Of a DNA stretch of 64,000 nucleotides, positions 39,035-52,336 are shown piece by piece. Source of the DNA: Ignavibacteria bacterium (GTDB taxonomy: Bacteria; Bacteroidota; Ignavibacteria; DATCTW01); assembly GCA_036567745.1 (NCBI GenBank), contig DATCTW010000045.1:74471-138470 (forward strand), given 5' to 3'. The position numbers and the translations under genes are program-made. How positions within the stretch are numbered: the first letter of the stretch is position 1; the number at the start of each line of letters is the position of its first letter. The notes beneath the pieces were generated by a model, which saw nothing but the letters and a program-made list of their open reading frames with translations, did no database searches and was not told where the DNA came from.

Positions 39035-42000
39035 TTGAAAGGTCAATTTGATGTAGATATAAGTAAAAATGGTAATAGGAGGATTTCTTTTGCAAAGATA
39101 CCGGTCACCATTGATTTTCCTGATTTATTAAGTGTTCAAAAGGAATCTTTTGAAGCTTTTCTTCAGGAAAAAGTTCCAGCTAATAAAAGAAAACCTAAAG
39201 GTTTGCAACAGGTTTTCCTCACTAATTTCCCAATTACTGATACTCGTGAAAATTTCAGATTAGAGTTTATTGAATATTACGTTGATAAACCAAAATATTC
39301 AATAATTGAGTGTCAGGAAAGGGGTTTGACTTATGCTGTGCCTTTGAAAGCTAAATTAAGATTATCCAGTAAAGCTGAAGAAGGTGAAGATTATATTGAA
39401 ACTATTGAGCAGGATGTATATCTTGGTAATTTACCGTATATGACTGAAAGAGGTACATTCATAATCAATGGCGCAGAAAGAGTTATAGTAAGTCAGTTGC
39501 ATAGATCCCCTGGAGTATTCTTTGGTGAGTCAATTCACCCAAATGGAACAAAAATGTATTCTGCAAGAATAATCCCATTTAGAGGTTCATGGGTTGAATT
39601 TGCAACAGATATAAATAATGTGATGTATGCTTATATCGATAGAAAAAAGAAATTCCCTGTTACAACCTTATTAAGAGCATTGGGTTATTCTTCTGATGAT
39701 GATCTTTTGAAATTGTTCGATCTCGTAGAGGAAGTAAAATTAGATTCAATTGATCTTAAGAGCTTAATTGGAAGAAAAGTCTGTAGTGATATAGTTGATC
39801 TTAAAACCGGTGAAGTATTTATAAACAAGGATCAGGTTTTAAAAGAAGAAGATGTTAAGAAATTAAAAAAAGCTCAAGTAAAGAAAACTATTAAATTATT
39901 TAAACAGGAAGATACTGAATCTTCTATCATTGCTAATACAATTCAAAAAGATATTGCTAGTTCAGAAGCAGATGCACTTGAAGCCATTTATAAGCAATTA
40001 CGTGCTGGTGATGCACCTGATCTTGATACTGCTAAAAATCTTATAGATAAATTATTCTTTAATCCAAAAAGATATGATTTAGGTGATGTTGGAAGATATA
40101 GAATTAATTCAAAATTAAACTTAAATATAGATCCTGAAGTTACTACTCTTACAAAAGAAGATATAATTGGAATTATCAAATACCTCATAAAATTACAAAG
40201 TGGACAAGCTCAAGTTGACGATATAGATCATTTAGGTAATCGTAGAGTTAGAACAGTAGGTGAGCAATTAGCTGCTCAATTTAATATTGGTCTTGCAAGA
40301 ATGGCGAGAACCATAAAAGAGAGAATGAATTTACGTGATGTAGAGAATTTTACTCCTATGGAGCTTGTTAACGCAAGGACAATATCGAGTGTAATTAATG
40401 CATTTTTTGGTACAAATCAACTTTCTCAATTTATGGATCAAACTAACCCATTAGCCGAAATGACTCATAAGAGAAGGATGAGTGCTTTGGGTCCAGGTGG
40501 ATTGTCAAGAGAAAGAGCTGGTTTTGAGGTACGTGACGTTCATTACTCTCATTATGGAAGATTATGCCCAATAGAGACTCCTGAAGGTCCAAATATTGGA
40601 TTAATCTCCTCTTTGTGTATTCATGCAAGAGTAAATGAATTTGGTTTTATTGAAACACCTTATAGAAAAGTTAAAAACGGTAAAGTGACAGATGAAATTG
40701 AGTATTTAACAGCTGAAAAGGAAGATCCATTTAAAATTGCTCAAGCAAATACAAAAGTAGATAAAACTGGTAAAATAATAGATGAGAAAATAAAATGTAG
40801 GCTTGAGAGTGATTATCCATTAGCAAAAAGAGAAGAAATTGCTTATATGGATGTTGCTCCAAATCAAATAGTAAGTCCAGCTGCTGCACTTATACCATTC
40901 CTCGAACATGATGATGCTAATAGGGCTCTTATGGGCTCTAACATGCAACGTCAAGCTGTACCATTATTAAAACCCACTTCTCCTATAGTAGGTACAGGAC
41001 TTGAGGAGGTAATTGCAAGAGATTCAAGAACATTGATTATTGCAGAAGAAGATGGAGTTGTTGAAGAAGTTGATGCTAATAGAATAGTAATGCTTTACAA
41101 TTTGAGTGAGAAGAGTTCTGAAGCATTAAAATCATTTGAAGATAAGAAACGGGTAGAATACAAGTTAATGAAATTTTTCAGAACAAATCAAGATACCTGC
41201 ATTAATCAAAGACCTATAGTAAAGAAAGGGCAAAAAGTTAAGAAAGGAGAAGTATTAGCTGATGGTTGTGCAACACAAAATGGTGAGTTAGCTCTTGGTC
41301 AAAATATGCTAGTAGCTTTTATGCCCTGGAATGGATACAATTTTGAGGATGCTATTATTGTAAGTGAAAGAGTTGTTGCAGAAGATAGATATACTTCGAT
41401 ACATATAGAGGAATTTGAATTACAGGTTAGAGATACAAAACGTGGTGAAGAAGAATTAACCAGAGAAATTCCAAATGTTAGTGAAGAAGCAACTAAAAAT
41501 CTTGATGAAAATGGAATTATACGTGTTGGATCTGAAGTAAATGAAGGTGATATACTTATTGGAAAGATTACACCAAAGGGTGAAACAGAGCCAACTCCAG
41601 AAGAAAAATTGTTAAAAGCAATTTTTGGAGAAAAAGCAGGTGATGTAAAAGATGCTTCTTTAAAGGCACCTCCGGGAATGAAAGGTATAGTAATTGCTAC
41701 CAAACTATTCACCAGAAAGAAAAAAGATGCTGAGTCTAAGAAAGAAGAAAAGAAAAAACTTGATGCTATAGATAAAAAAAGAAGAAAAGATCTAAAAGAT
41801 TTACTTGATCTTCTATCAAAGAAATTGGATTTACTTCTTGCTGGAGAAAAATCTCTTGGAATAAGAAATAATGATGGTGAAATGGTATTCAGAAGAGATT
41901 TTACTTTCAAAGAAGATACCTTCCAAACAATTGAAAGTGATATTGAAAATCTGAATATTGAGAATGATTGGGTAGAGGATAAAAAGAAAAACAAGCTTAT

Positions 42001-42829
42001 CAAAGAAATTTATGAAAATTACTTCAAAAAAAAGGAAGATATAGAAGAAGAATCTAAACGTGAGAAAAACAAAATTATTGTTGGAGATGAGTTACCTCCT
42101 GGTATAGTTCAATTAGCAAAAGTATATGTTGCTAAGAAGAGAAAACTCTCAATTGGTGATAAAATGTCTGGTAGGCATGGTAATAAAGGTGTTGTTTCAA
42201 AGATAGTACCAGTTGAAGACATGCCATTTTTACCTGACGGAACTCCTGTAGATTTTGTTTTGAACCCATTAGGTGTGCCTTCCCGTATGAACTTAGGCCA
42301 ACTATTTGAGGTTGCCTTAGGTTGGGCTGGAGCAAAGTTAGGTGTTAAATATGCTACACCAATTTTTGATGGTGCAAGCTGGGAGGAAGTTCAGGAGGAA
42401 TTGAAAAAAGCCGGTTTAAATGAGAACTCCAAAACAGTTTTGTATGATGGTAGAACAGGTGAAAAGTTTGATCAAGAAGTTACTGTAGGTAACCTATATT
42501 TGATGAAACTATCACACCTTGTTGATGATAAGATACACGCTCGTTCAATCGGTCCATATTCTTTAATAACTCAACAGCCATTAGGTGGTAAAGCTCAATT
42601 TGGTGGTCAGAGATTTGGAGAGATGGAAGTTTGGGCTCTCGAAGCATATGGTGCGGCAAATATACTTCAGGAAATATTAACTGTAAAAAGTGATGATGTT
42701 ACTGGCCGTGCAAAAGTATATGAAGCTATTGTAAAAGGTGAAAATTTACCAGAAGCAAGTATACCAGAATCGTTTAATGTTTTAGTCAGAGAACTTATGG
42801 GATTAGGATTGGATGTAAAGATTGAATGA
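39035..42829 (+). CDS. rpoB: DNA-directed RNA polymerase beta subunit
   Basis: TTG start with a GAGGTG RBS. Conserved blocks are present throughout, e.g. [15 protein letters not shown] and [13 protein letters not shown]. Confidence 0.95.
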   Translation: MKGQFDVDISKNGNRRISFAKIPVTIDFPDLLSVQKESFEAFLQEKVPANKRKPKGLQQVFLTNFPITDTRENFRLEFIEYYVDKPKYSIIECQERGLTYAVPLKAKLRLSSKAEEGEDYIETIEQDVYLGNLPYMTERGTFIINGAERVIVSQLHRSPGVFFGESIHPNGTKMYSARIIPFRGSWVEFATDINNVMYAYIDRKKKFPVTTLLRALGYSSDDDLLKLFDLVEEVKLDSIDLKSLIGRKVCSDIVDLKTGEVFINKDQVLKEEDVKKLKKAQVKKTIKLFKQEDTESSIIANTIQKDIASSEADALEAIYKQLRAGDAPDLDTAKNLIDKLFFNPKRYDLGDVGRYRINSKLNLNIDPEVTTLTKEDIIGIIKYLIKLQSGQAQVDDIDHLGNRRVRTVGEQLAAQFNIGLARMARTIKERMNLRDVENFTPMELVNARTISSVINAFFGTNQLSQFMDQTNPLAEMTHKRRMSALGPGGLSRERAGFEVRDVHYSHYGRLCPIETPEGPNIGLISSLCIHARVNEFGFIETPYRKVKNGKVTDEIEYLTAEKEDPFKIAQANTKVDKTGKIIDEKIKCRLESDYPLAKREEIAYMDVAPNQIVSPAAALIPFLEHDDANRALMGSNMQRQAVPLLKPTSPIVGTGLEEVIARDSRTLIIAEEDGVVEEVDANRIVMLYNLSEKSSEALKSFEDKKRVEYKLMKFFRTNQDTCINQRPIVKKGQKVKKGEVLADGCATQNGELALGQNMLVAFMPWNGYNFEDAIIVSERVVAEDRYTSIHIEEFELQVRDTKRGEEELTREIPNVSEEATKNLDENGIIRVGSEVNEGDILIGKITPKGETEPTPEEKLLKAIFGEKAGDVKDASLKAPPGMKGIVIATKLFTRKKKDAESKKEEKKKLDAIDKKRRKDLKDLLDLLSKKLDLLLAGEKSLGIRNNDGEMVFRRDFTFKEDTFQTIESDIENLNIENDWVEDKKKNKLIKEIYENYFKKKEDIEEESKREKNKIIVGDELPPGIVQLAKVYVAKKRKLSIGDKMSGRHGNKGVVSKIVPVEDMPFLPDGTPVDFVLNPLGVPSRMNLGQLFEVALGWAGAKLGVKYATPIFDGASWEEVQEELKKAGLNENSKTVLYDGRTGEKFDQEVTVGNLYLMKLSHLVDDKIHARSIGPYSLITQQPLGGKAQFGGQRFGEMEVWALEAYGAANILQEILTVKSDDVTGRAKVYEAIVKGENLPEASIPESFNVLVRELMGLGLDVKIE

Positions 42830-42876
42830 TTGGAAAGCGTGTTTAATTCTTTAATTAATTTTGAAAAGGAGTATTT

Positions 42877-45800
42877 ATGCCATATAACATACAAGACGCA
42901 GGTAAAAAGACTTTTAGTAAGATTATAATAAGTCTTGCTTCTTCAGATACGATAATTGGTCGTTCTCATGGAGAAGTTACGAAGCCTGAAACTATTAACT
43001 ATAGATCTTTCAGGCCAGAAAAAGATGGTCTTTTCTGTGAAAAAATATTTGGTCCAGTAAAAGATTGGGAATGCCATTGTGGTAAGTATAAGAGAATTAG
43101 ATACAAAGGCATTGTTTGTGATAGATGTGGTGTTGAGGTTACACAGAAAAGTGTTAGACGTGAGCGAATGGGTCATATTGCTCTTTCTGTACCTGTTGTT
43201 CATATCTGGTATTTTAGATCTCTTCCAAGTAAAATTGCTTACGTATTAGGAATAGGGACAAAAGATTTAGAGAAAATAATTTATTATGAATCCTATGTAG
43301 TTATACAACCTGGTCCTACTCCGTTAAAACCAAAGACACTTATTTCAGAAGAAGAATACTTCCAGATAAGGCAAGATCTTGGGGAGAAAAATGAATTACT
43401 CGATAATGATGATCCAAACAAGTTTATCGCTCAAATTGGTGGTGAAGCTATAAAGAATCTTTTAAAAAGAGTTGATATAGAAGCTCTTGCTCTTGAATTA
43501 AGAGAATCTCTAAAGGAAGAAACATCATTACAAAAGAAGACTGAGGCTCTTAAGAGATTAAAAGTAGTTGAAGCATTCAGAGAAAAAGAAGGATTGCCGG
43601 TTAACAAACCTGAATGGATGGTTTTAGATGTTATTCCTGTAATTCCTCCAGAGTTAAGACCTTTGGTACCACTCGAAGGGGGAAGATTTGCTACCAGTGA
43701 TTTAAATGATCTTTACAGAAGAGTTATTATTAGAAATAATCGTCTAAAAAGATTAATAGATATCAAAGCACCTGAAGTAATATTAAGAAATGAAAAACGA
43801 ATGCTTCAGGAAGCAGTTGATTCTTTATTTGATAATAGCAGAAGGTTGAATGCTGTAAGAAGTGATAATAATCGCGCTTTGAAATCACTTTCTGATATGT
43901 TGAAAGGTAAACAAGGTAGATTCAGACAAAATCTTTTAGGAAAACGCGTTGATTATTCTGGCCGTTCAGTTATTGTAGTTGGACCTGAATTAAAACTTCA
44001 TGAATGCGGTATTCCTAAAGAAATGGCTCTTGAATTATTCAAACCTTTTGTAATAAGAAAATTGATTGAAAGAGGCATTGTAAAGACTGTAAAAAGTGCT
44101 AAAAAGATTGTTGAAAGAAGAAGCCCTGATGTATGGGATATTCTTGAGAAAATTATTGATGGGCATCCAGTTCTGTTAAATAGAGCACCTACGTTACATA
44201 GATTAGGTATTCAAGCATTTCAACCGGTATTGGTAGAAGGTAGAGCAATAAGATTGCACCCATTAGTTTGTACAGCATTCAATGCGGATTTTGATGGTGA
44301 TCAAATGGCTGTTCACGTGCCACTATCTTATGATGCTCAGCTTGAAGCCTCAATATTAATGCTTTCAAGTCATAATATATTATCACCTCAAAATGGTAAA
44401 CCTATTTGCGTTCCAAGTCAGGAAATAGTGTTAGGTTGCTATTATATTACAAAGGCTAGACCTGGTGATTCAGAAAAGCTAAAAATGTTTTCTTCTCCAC
44501 AAGAAGTCATTATCGCTTATGATCACGGTGTAGTTGATTTGCATGAAAAAATAAAAGTAAGAATAAATAATGAAATTGTTAATACAACTACAGGAAGGGT
44601 AATTTTCAATCAAATTTTACCTGAAGGAATAGAATTTATAAATGAAGTATTAACAAAGAAAAAATTAATCCAGATTATTGCACGCGTATTTAGAAAAGTT
44701 GGTAATCTTAGGACAGCCGAATTTTTAGATAAGTTAAAAGATCTTGGTTTTTCTTATGCTACTAAAGGTGGTTTATCAGTAAGTATTGCCGATATAGAGA
44801 TACCAAAAGAAAAAACTGAAATTATTGCTAAGGCACAAAAAGATGCTGATAAAGTTCAGGATCAATACCTTAATGGTTATCTAACTGCAGGTGAAAGATA
44901 TAATAAAATTATTGATATCTGGACTTATGCTACAAATAGAGTATCAGATAGATTATTTGAATCTCTTTCTAAATCCAGAAACGGATTTAATTCATTGTAT
45001 ATGATGGTTGATTCCGGTGCTAGAGGTTCAAAAGAACAGGTAAGACAGTTAGCAGGTATGCGTGGTTTGATGGCTAAACCACAAAAGAGTTTAACAGGCC
45101 AAACTGGTGAACTCATTGAAAACCCAATCATTGCTAATTTCCGTGAAGGATTGTCAATTCTTGAATACTTTATTTCCACACACGGAGCAAGAAAAGGTTT
45201 GGCAGATACCGCATTAAAAACAGCAGATGCTGGTTACTTAACAAGAAGGTTAGTTGATGTTGCTCAGGATGCTATTATTTCAATGAAAGATTGTGGTACA
45301 ATTCGTGGTGTTCTAACTGGTGCATTGAAAGAAGGTGAAGACGTTAAAGAGCCATTAGCAGAACGTATTCTTGGAAGAATTTCAGTTAATGATGTCTATG
45401 ATCCATTAACTAATGAGCTTATTGTAAAAGCTGGTCAAATGATTGATGAAGATATTGCCACAAGAATAGCTGAAACATCTATAGAAGCTGTTGAAATAAG
45501 ATCAGTACTAACCTGTGAAGCTAAACGTGGTATTTGCGCAATGTGTTATGGAAGAAATCTTACTACTCAAAAACTCGTTGATATAGGAGAAGCTGTTGGA
45601 ATAATTGCTGCTCAGTCAATTGGTGAGCCAGGTACACAGTTAACTCTGAGAACATTCCATACTGGTGGAACAGCAAGCTTAATTGCTGCTCAATCACAGA
45701 TTACGACTAGATTTGAAGGAAAGATAAAATACGAAGGTCTTAAACTAGTAAAACATGATAGTGGTGAAACAATAAGAACAGTAGTTATCGGAAGAAGTGG

Positions 45801-47148
45801 TGTAATAAATATTTTAGATTCTGATAATAGAGTTATCTTTAAATATGATGTTCCTTATGGTTCGAATCTGTTGGTTAAAGATGGTGATATGGTTAAAAAA
45901 GGTGATATTCTTTATGAGTGGGATCCTTACAATGCTATGATAATTTCTGAACATGGAGGAACAGTTGAGTATAAAGATCTTAAGGAAAATATCACCTATC
46001 GTGAAGCTGCAGACGAACAAACTGGGCACGTATCAAAAGTTGTAATTGATTCTAAAGATAAGAACCTAGTACCAACAATTAATATCTGGAAAGGCGAAAA
46101 ACTTGTTGCAAGTTATACCATTCCAACAAAAGCTCATTTAACCGTTGATGATGGAATGGAAATAACCGCTGGTACAGTTCTTGCAAAGATAGCAAGAGAT
46201 TCTGGTAAAACTCGTGATATTACCGGTGGTTTACCAAGAGTAACTGAACTATTTGAAGCAAGAAGCCCACTTGATCCAGCTATTATTTCTGAAATTGATG
46301 GAGTAGTAAGCTTTGGTGCTCAGAAGAGAGGAACAAAAGAAATAATAATTACAAGTTTAGACGGTAAAGATACTAGAAAATATCTTGTTCCACTTGCAAA
46401 GCATATCTTAGTACAAGAAAATGATATAATTAAAGCTGGTGAAAGAATTTCTGATGGTGCAATAGATCCTCATGATTTATTAAGAATAAAAGGTGTTGGT
46501 TACGTTCAAGAATATCTTGTAAATGAGATTCAAGAAGTTTATCGTATGCAGGGCGTACAGATAAATGATAAACACATAGAAATTATTGTAAGACAAATGT
46601 TGCAAAAGGTTAAAGTAGTAGATCCAGGTGATACTCATTTCCTTGAGGGTGATCTTGTTGATAAAAATAAGTTTATCGAGGAGAATGAAAGCCTTAATAC
46701 TAAAGTATATATTACAAGTAAAGGTGATTCTAAATTCAAAAATGGCCAGTTAGTAAATAAGCGTAAAGTTCGTGAAGCTAATATGGACCTTGCTAGGAGG
46801 AATAAAAAGATTATTGAATTTAGAGAAGCTGAACCTGCAACATTTGAGTATATACTTCTTGGAATTACATCTGCATCTCTATCTACTGAAAGCTTTATCT
46901 CGGCTGCTTCTTTCCAGGAAACAACAAAAGTATTGACAGATGCTGCTATTGAATCCAAAGTAGATAATTTATTAGGATTAAAAGAAAACGTAATAATGGG
47001 TCATCTAATTCCAGCTGGTACTGGTCTAAAGAAATTTAGAAATATTATCGTAACCACAGAAGAAGATGAAAGAAGAAAAGCAGAGGAAGAAGCGAAAGAG
47101 TCTGTTGAGATGGAGCTTGATAATGAAGAAGTGGAATCTGAAAATTGA
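42877..47148 (+). CDS. rpoC: DNA-directed RNA polymerase beta-prime subunit
   Basis: Zinc-finger [23 protein letters not shown] and catalytic [12 protein letters not shown]. Confidence 0.95.
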   Translation: MPYNIQDAGKKTFSKIIISLASSDTIIGRSHGEVTKPETINYRSFRPEKDGLFCEKIFGPVKDWECHCGKYKRIRYKGIVCDRCGVEVTQKSVRRERMGHIALSVPVVHIWYFRSLPSKIAYVLGIGTKDLEKIIYYESYVVIQPGPTPLKPKTLISEEEYFQIRQDLGEKNELLDNDDPNKFIAQIGGEAIKNLLKRVDIEALALELRESLKEETSLQKKTEALKRLKVVEAFREKEGLPVNKPEWMVLDVIPVIPPELRPLVPLEGGRFATSDLNDLYRRVIIRNNRLKRLIDIKAPEVILRNEKRMLQEAVDSLFDNSRRLNAVRSDNNRALKSLSDMLKGKQGRFRQNLLGKRVDYSGRSVIVVGPELKLHECGIPKEMALELFKPFVIRKLIERGIVKTVKSAKKIVERRSPDVWDILEKIIDGHPVLLNRAPTLHRLGIQAFQPVLVEGRAIRLHPLVCTAFNADFDGDQMAVHVPLSYDAQLEASILMLSSHNILSPQNGKPICVPSQEIVLGCYYITKARPGDSEKLKMFSSPQEVIIAYDHGVVDLHEKIKVRINNEIVNTTTGRVIFNQILPEGIEFINEVLTKKKLIQIIARVFRKVGNLRTAEFLDKLKDLGFSYATKGGLSVSIADIEIPKEKTEIIAKAQKDADKVQDQYLNGYLTAGERYNKIIDIWTYATNRVSDRLFESLSKSRNGFNSLYMMVDSGARGSKEQVRQLAGMRGLMAKPQKSLTGQTGELIENPIIANFREGLSILEYFISTHGARKGLADTALKTADAGYLTRRLVDVAQDAIISMKDCGTIRGVLTGALKEGEDVKEPLAERILGRISVNDVYDPLTNELIVKAGQMIDEDIATRIAETSIEAVEIRSVLTCEAKRGICAMCYGRNLTTQKLVDIGEAVGIIAAQSIGEPGTQLTLRTFHTGGTASLIAAQSQITTRFEGKIKYEGLKLVKHDSGETIRTVVIGRSGVINILDSDNRVIFKYDVPYGSNLLVKDGDMVKKGDILYEWDPYNAMIISEHGGTVEYKDLKENITYREAADEQTGHVSKVVIDSKDKNLVPTINIWKGEKLVASYTIPTKAHLTVDDGMEITAGTVLAKIARDSGKTRDITGGLPRVTELFEARSPLDPAIISEIDGVVSFGAQKRGTKEIIITSLDGKDTRKYLVPLAKHILVQENDIIKAGERISDGAIDPHDLLRIKGVGYVQEYLVNEIQEVYRMQGVQINDKHIEIIVRQMLQKVKVVDPGDTHFLEGDLVDKNKFIEENESLNTKVYITSKGDSKFKNGQLVNKRKVREANMDLARRNKKIIEFREAEPATFEYILLGITSASLSTESFISAASFQETTKVLTDAAIESKVDNLLGLKENVIMGHLIPAGTGLKKFRNIIVTTEEDERRKAEEEAKESVEMELDNEEVESEN

Positions 47149-47161
47149 TTAATAATTTTTA

Positions 47162-47196
47162 GGGGGTTAATTTATTTAACCCCCTTTTCTTTCTTT
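47162..47196 (+). terminator. Rho-independent terminator after rpoC
   Basis: gggggttaatttatttaaccccc followed by a T-rich tract. Confidence 0.7.
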
Positions 47197-47248
47197 ATTG
47201 GGGGATATTTTCATTTAATAATTCTTTTTATTAATTCTTCAAAGTAAA

Positions 47249-49438
47249 ATGCCTTTTCTCAAAGATTTGAATAATGCGCAGCGTGAAGCTGTAATGGCAA
47301 TAGATGGTCCTGTAATGATAATTGCAGGTGCAGGAAGTGGAAAAACAAGAGTATTAACCTATAGAATCGCATATCTAATTCAAAAAGGAGTTTATCCTGA
47401 AAATATCCTTGCCTTAACTTTTACCAATAAAGCTGCTAATGAAATGAAAGAAAGAATAAAGGGTCTTATTGGTAGAAAAGCTGATGGTTTATGGATGGGG
47501 ACATTTCATTCAATATTTGCACGAATTTTAAGATTTGAATGTGAAAGGTTAGGATATGGTAAAAATTTCAGTATAACAGATACAGATGATGGACTTGCAT
47601 TAATAAAAAATATAATGGCTATTCTTAATATTCCTACTGATACTTTTAGCCCGTATTCAATACAATCAACTATAAGCAAAGCAAAGAATAAACTATTAAC
47701 ACCTGAGGACTTTTCAAATAAATCCGGTAATATTTATGAATTAAAAGTTGCTGAGATATTTAAAGAATATCAAATTAGATTAAAAAGTAGCAATAGTATG
47801 GATTTTGATGATTTATTATTGTTACCTATAAAACTATTTTCAAATTACCCAGAAGTGTTAGACAAGTATCATAGAATTTTTAAATACATTCTTGTAGATG
47901 AATATCAGGATACTAATCGTGCACAATATGTATTATTAAAAATGTTAGCAGCAAAGACAAGAAATTTATGTGTTGTTGGAGATGATGCTCAAAGTATATA
48001 TTCTTTTAGAGGTGCAGAAATTCAAAACATAATGGATTATCAGTTAGATTTTAAAGATCATAAATTATTTAGATTAGAGCAAAACTATCGTTCAACAAAA
48101 AAAATACTTGATGCTGCTCACTGTGTAATAAAAAATAATAGATTCCAAATAAAAAAGAAATTGTGGACTGAAAATTCCGAAGGAGATGATATTGTCCTTT
48201 TAGAATGTATGGATGAAAAAGATGAAGGTCAACAAATAGTAAAGAATATTCAATTTTTAATAAAAAAAGATAAATATCCTCTTAATGCTTTCGTAATTTT
48301 ATATAGAACGAACGCTCAATCAAGAGCTATTGAAGAGGCATTAAGAAGATCTGGACTGCCATACATTATTATTGGTGGTATTAAATTTTACGAAAGAAAA
48401 GAGATAAAAGACATATTGGCGTATTTAAAATTAATTTCAAATACGAAAAATAATGAAGCTTTCGATAGAATTATTAATTATCCTATAAGGGGTATTGGAG
48501 AAACTTCAATTGTCAAAATTAAACAACATGCTTTTTATAATCAAATTTCTTTTTTTGAGGCTCTTGAAAGAATAGATGAAATAAGTAGCCTTCAAGATAA
48601 AATTAAAGCTAATTGTAAGATGTTTGTTCATCTTATTCACAAATATGTTGGATTAAAGGATGAAATGTCTTTAACAGAACTTGTTAGTTCTTTGATAAAT
48701 GAATTACAGATAATTAATGAATATAAATTGCAAGGTACTCCAGAAGCATTATCAAGAATTGAAAATATACAAGAGTTTTTATCAGGTGTAACTGATTTTG
48801 TTAAAACGAGAAAAGATGCTACCCTTGAAACTTTTTTACAAGAAGTATCACTTCTTTCGGATATTGATAATTTAGAAAATTCAAAAAATGCTATTACATT
48901 AATGACTATACATTCTTCAAAAGGTTTAGAATATCCAGTTGTGTTTATTGCTGGTCTAGAAGAAAATCTATTCCCACACGTAAATTCTCTTGAAAGTGCC
49001 AAAGATATTGAAGAGGAAAGAAGATTATTTTATGTGGCAATTACAAGAGCTCAAAAAAGACTATTTTTATCTTATGCAAGAATGAGATACAAATATGGTA
49101 CTACAGTAAGTCAAAAGATTTCTCGTTTTATTGACGAAATTGAAGAGAGTTTAATACAGAGAAGTGGCTATGTTGGAAGAATGAATGAGAAAAAATCAAA
49201 TGTTGGTCCAAATGATGTAAAATGGATAAAATTACCTGAAAATAATACTCTTGAAAAAAAGAAAATCGTTCAAAAAAAATATCAAGTTGGTCAAGAGGTT
49301 GTACATTCAGTTTTTGGTGAAGGAATAATACTTCAAGTAATTGGTTTTGATAGTGACATAAAATTAATAGTGGACTTTGCAAACCATGGAAGAAAAACCT
49401 TAATGGCACAATATGCGAATTTAGTGATAAAAAATTAG
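47249..49438 (+). CDS. pcrA: UvrD/PcrA-family ATP-dependent DNA helicase
   Basis: Walker A AGAGSGKTRVL, the DEYQDTN motif and a C-terminal UvrD_C region. Length 729 aa. Confidence 0.9.
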   Translation: MPFLKDLNNAQREAVMAIDGPVMIIAGAGSGKTRVLTYRIAYLIQKGVYPENILALTFTNKAANEMKERIKGLIGRKADGLWMGTFHSIFARILRFECERLGYGKNFSITDTDDGLALIKNIMAILNIPTDTFSPYSIQSTISKAKNKLLTPEDFSNKSGNIYELKVAEIFKEYQIRLKSSNSMDFDDLLLLPIKLFSNYPEVLDKYHRIFKYILVDEYQDTNRAQYVLLKMLAAKTRNLCVVGDDAQSIYSFRGAEIQNIMDYQLDFKDHKLFRLEQNYRSTKKILDAAHCVIKNNRFQIKKKLWTENSEGDDIVLLECMDEKDEGQQIVKNIQFLIKKDKYPLNAFVILYRTNAQSRAIEEALRRSGLPYIIIGGIKFYERKEIKDILAYLKLISNTKNNEAFDRIINYPIRGIGETSIVKIKQHAFYNQISFFEALERIDEISSLQDKIKANCKMFVHLIHKYVGLKDEMSLTELVSSLINELQIINEYKLQGTPEALSRIENIQEFLSGVTDFVKTRKDATLETFLQEVSLLSDIDNLENSKNAITLMTIHSSKGLEYPVVFIAGLEENLFPHVNSLESAKDIEEERRLFYVAITRAQKRLFLSYARMRYKYGTTVSQKISRFIDEIEESLIQRSGYVGRMNEKKSNVGPNDVKWIKLPENNTLEKKKIVQKKYQVGQEVVHSVFGEGIILQVIGFDSDIKLIVDFANHGRKTLMAQYANLVIKN

Positions 49439-49514
49439 TGATTTATGAAAAATAATGTAATTGATTTTAAAAAATTTTTTTCTTAAAATACATCGATAAA
49501 CTATTAAATAATAA

Positions 49515-50840
<1,326 letters not shown>

Positions 50841-50860
50841 ATTTATTAAGTATACTTTTA

Positions 50861-50904
50861 AGGGTTTGTCCGATAAAATACGGATAAACCCTAATTGTTT
50901 TTTT
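50861..50904 (+). terminator. Rho-independent terminator after eno
   Basis: agggtttgtccgataaaatacggataaaccct followed by a T-run. Confidence 0.65.
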
Positions 50905-50917
50905 AGGAAGGGTTTCA

Positions 50918-52327
50918 ATGTCTGATATTACTTTTGGTACTGATGGGTGGCGAGGTGTAATTGCCAAAGATTTTACATTTGAGAATATAGAAAAAGTTTC
51001 ATACTCAACGGCTGAATATTTTATTAAAAATCCAAAAATATCAAATGGAGTAGTTGTTGGCTATGATGCCAGGTTTTTATCAAAAGAATTTGCTGAAACA
51101 GTCTCGATTATATTAGCAAGTAGGGGTATAAAAGTTTTCCTTTCTGATTCAATTGTTTCTACTCCAATGGTTTCACTTGGAATTATTAAATTGAAAGCCG
51201 TTTATGGAATAATGATTACTGCAAGCCATAATCCACCCAAATATAATGGTTTTAAGATTAAAGCAGATTATGGTGGACCTGCAAGAAGAGAAGATATTGC
51301 TGGGGTAGAAAACTATTTGGATTATGTTGAAAAGAGTTATCATCGTTTAAAAAAGAAATATCATCTTTCAATAAATGAGCTTGTAAAGAAAAAATTAATA
51401 AAATATGTTGATTTGAAAGATATTTACAAAAAAGATCTGAAAAATAAATTTGACATTGAACTATTTTCTAAAAATGGAATAAAAGTATTATATGACCCAA
51501 TGTATGGCTCTGGGCAAGGATTTTTCAGGGATTTTATTCCTGAGTTTGATGAAATACATGGAATTTATAATCCTTCTTTTAACAATACTAATCCTGAGCC
51601 ATTAGCAGTGAATTGCAAAGATACTATAGAGAAGATAGTAAACGAGAAATATGATTTAGGAATTGTAAACGATGGTGATGCTGATAGAATTGGAGCTATA
51701 GATGAAAAAGGTAATTTTATTAGTACACAGCAACTTTTTCCAATATTTTTAAAATATCTTGTAGAGAATAATGGTTTAACTGGTGATGTTGTAAAAACTG
51801 TTTCTGTTTCAGATTATGTAACAAGAATTTGTGATAAACATAATATATTGTATTATGAGACACCCGTAGGCTTTAAGTATATTGCTGAATATATGGTTTC
51901 TCAAAATGTGTTAATCGGTGGAGAAGAATCTGGTGGAATTGGTATGAAAACTCATATTCCTGAAAGAGATGGTATTTATAATGGTTTATTTTTAGCAAAA
52001 ATTATGATTGAAAGGAAAAAAACTTTAAGCCAATTGGTATCAGAGATAGAAGAAGAATATGGAAAATTATATTATGATAGAATAGATGTTCATACAACTG
52101 AAGATGTAAAAGAAAGAGTAATTAAAGCTTGCAAAAGCAATCCACAATTTATTGGTGGATTTAAAGTAAAATCTTATTCAAAGATAGATGGTTTTAAGTT
52201 TATTTTTGATGATGGGTGGCTCCTTATTCGCTCTTCAGGCACTGAGCCAATTTTAAGGTTTTATGCTGAAGCAACTAAAATGGAAAAAGTACAAAGACTT
52301 CTAAAAGCTGCTCTTAAGTTACAATGA
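50918..52327 (+). CDS. Alpha-D-phosphohexomutase family enzyme (phosphoglucomutase/phosphomannomutase)
   Basis: Active-site serine loop TASHNPPKYNGFK, metal-binding DGDADR and sugar-binding GEESGG. Confidence 0.85.
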   Translation: MSDITFGTDGWRGVIAKDFTFENIEKVSYSTAEYFIKNPKISNGVVVGYDARFLSKEFAETVSIILASRGIKVFLSDSIVSTPMVSLGIIKLKAVYGIMITASHNPPKYNGFKIKADYGGPARREDIAGVENYLDYVEKSYHRLKKKYHLSINELVKKKLIKYVDLKDIYKKDLKNKFDIELFSKNGIKVLYDPMYGSGQGFFRDFIPEFDEIHGIYNPSFNNTNPEPLAVNCKDTIEKIVNEKYDLGIVNDGDADRIGAIDEKGNFISTQQLFPIFLKYLVENNGLTGDVVKTVSVSDYVTRICDKHNILYYETPVGFKYIAEYMVSQNVLIGGEESGGIGMKTHIPERDGIYNGLFLAKIMIERKKTLSQLVSEIEEEYGKLYYDRIDVHTTEDVKERVIKACKSNPQFIGGFKVKSYSKIDGFKFIFDDGWLLIRSSGTEPILRFYAEATKMEKVQRLLKAALKLQ

Positions 52328-52336
52328 GTTAATTTA

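Noticed and set aside
41299-42003. 234-aa minus-strand ORF
   Set aside because: Antisense inside rpoB and S/F-rich, so I treat it as an artefact.
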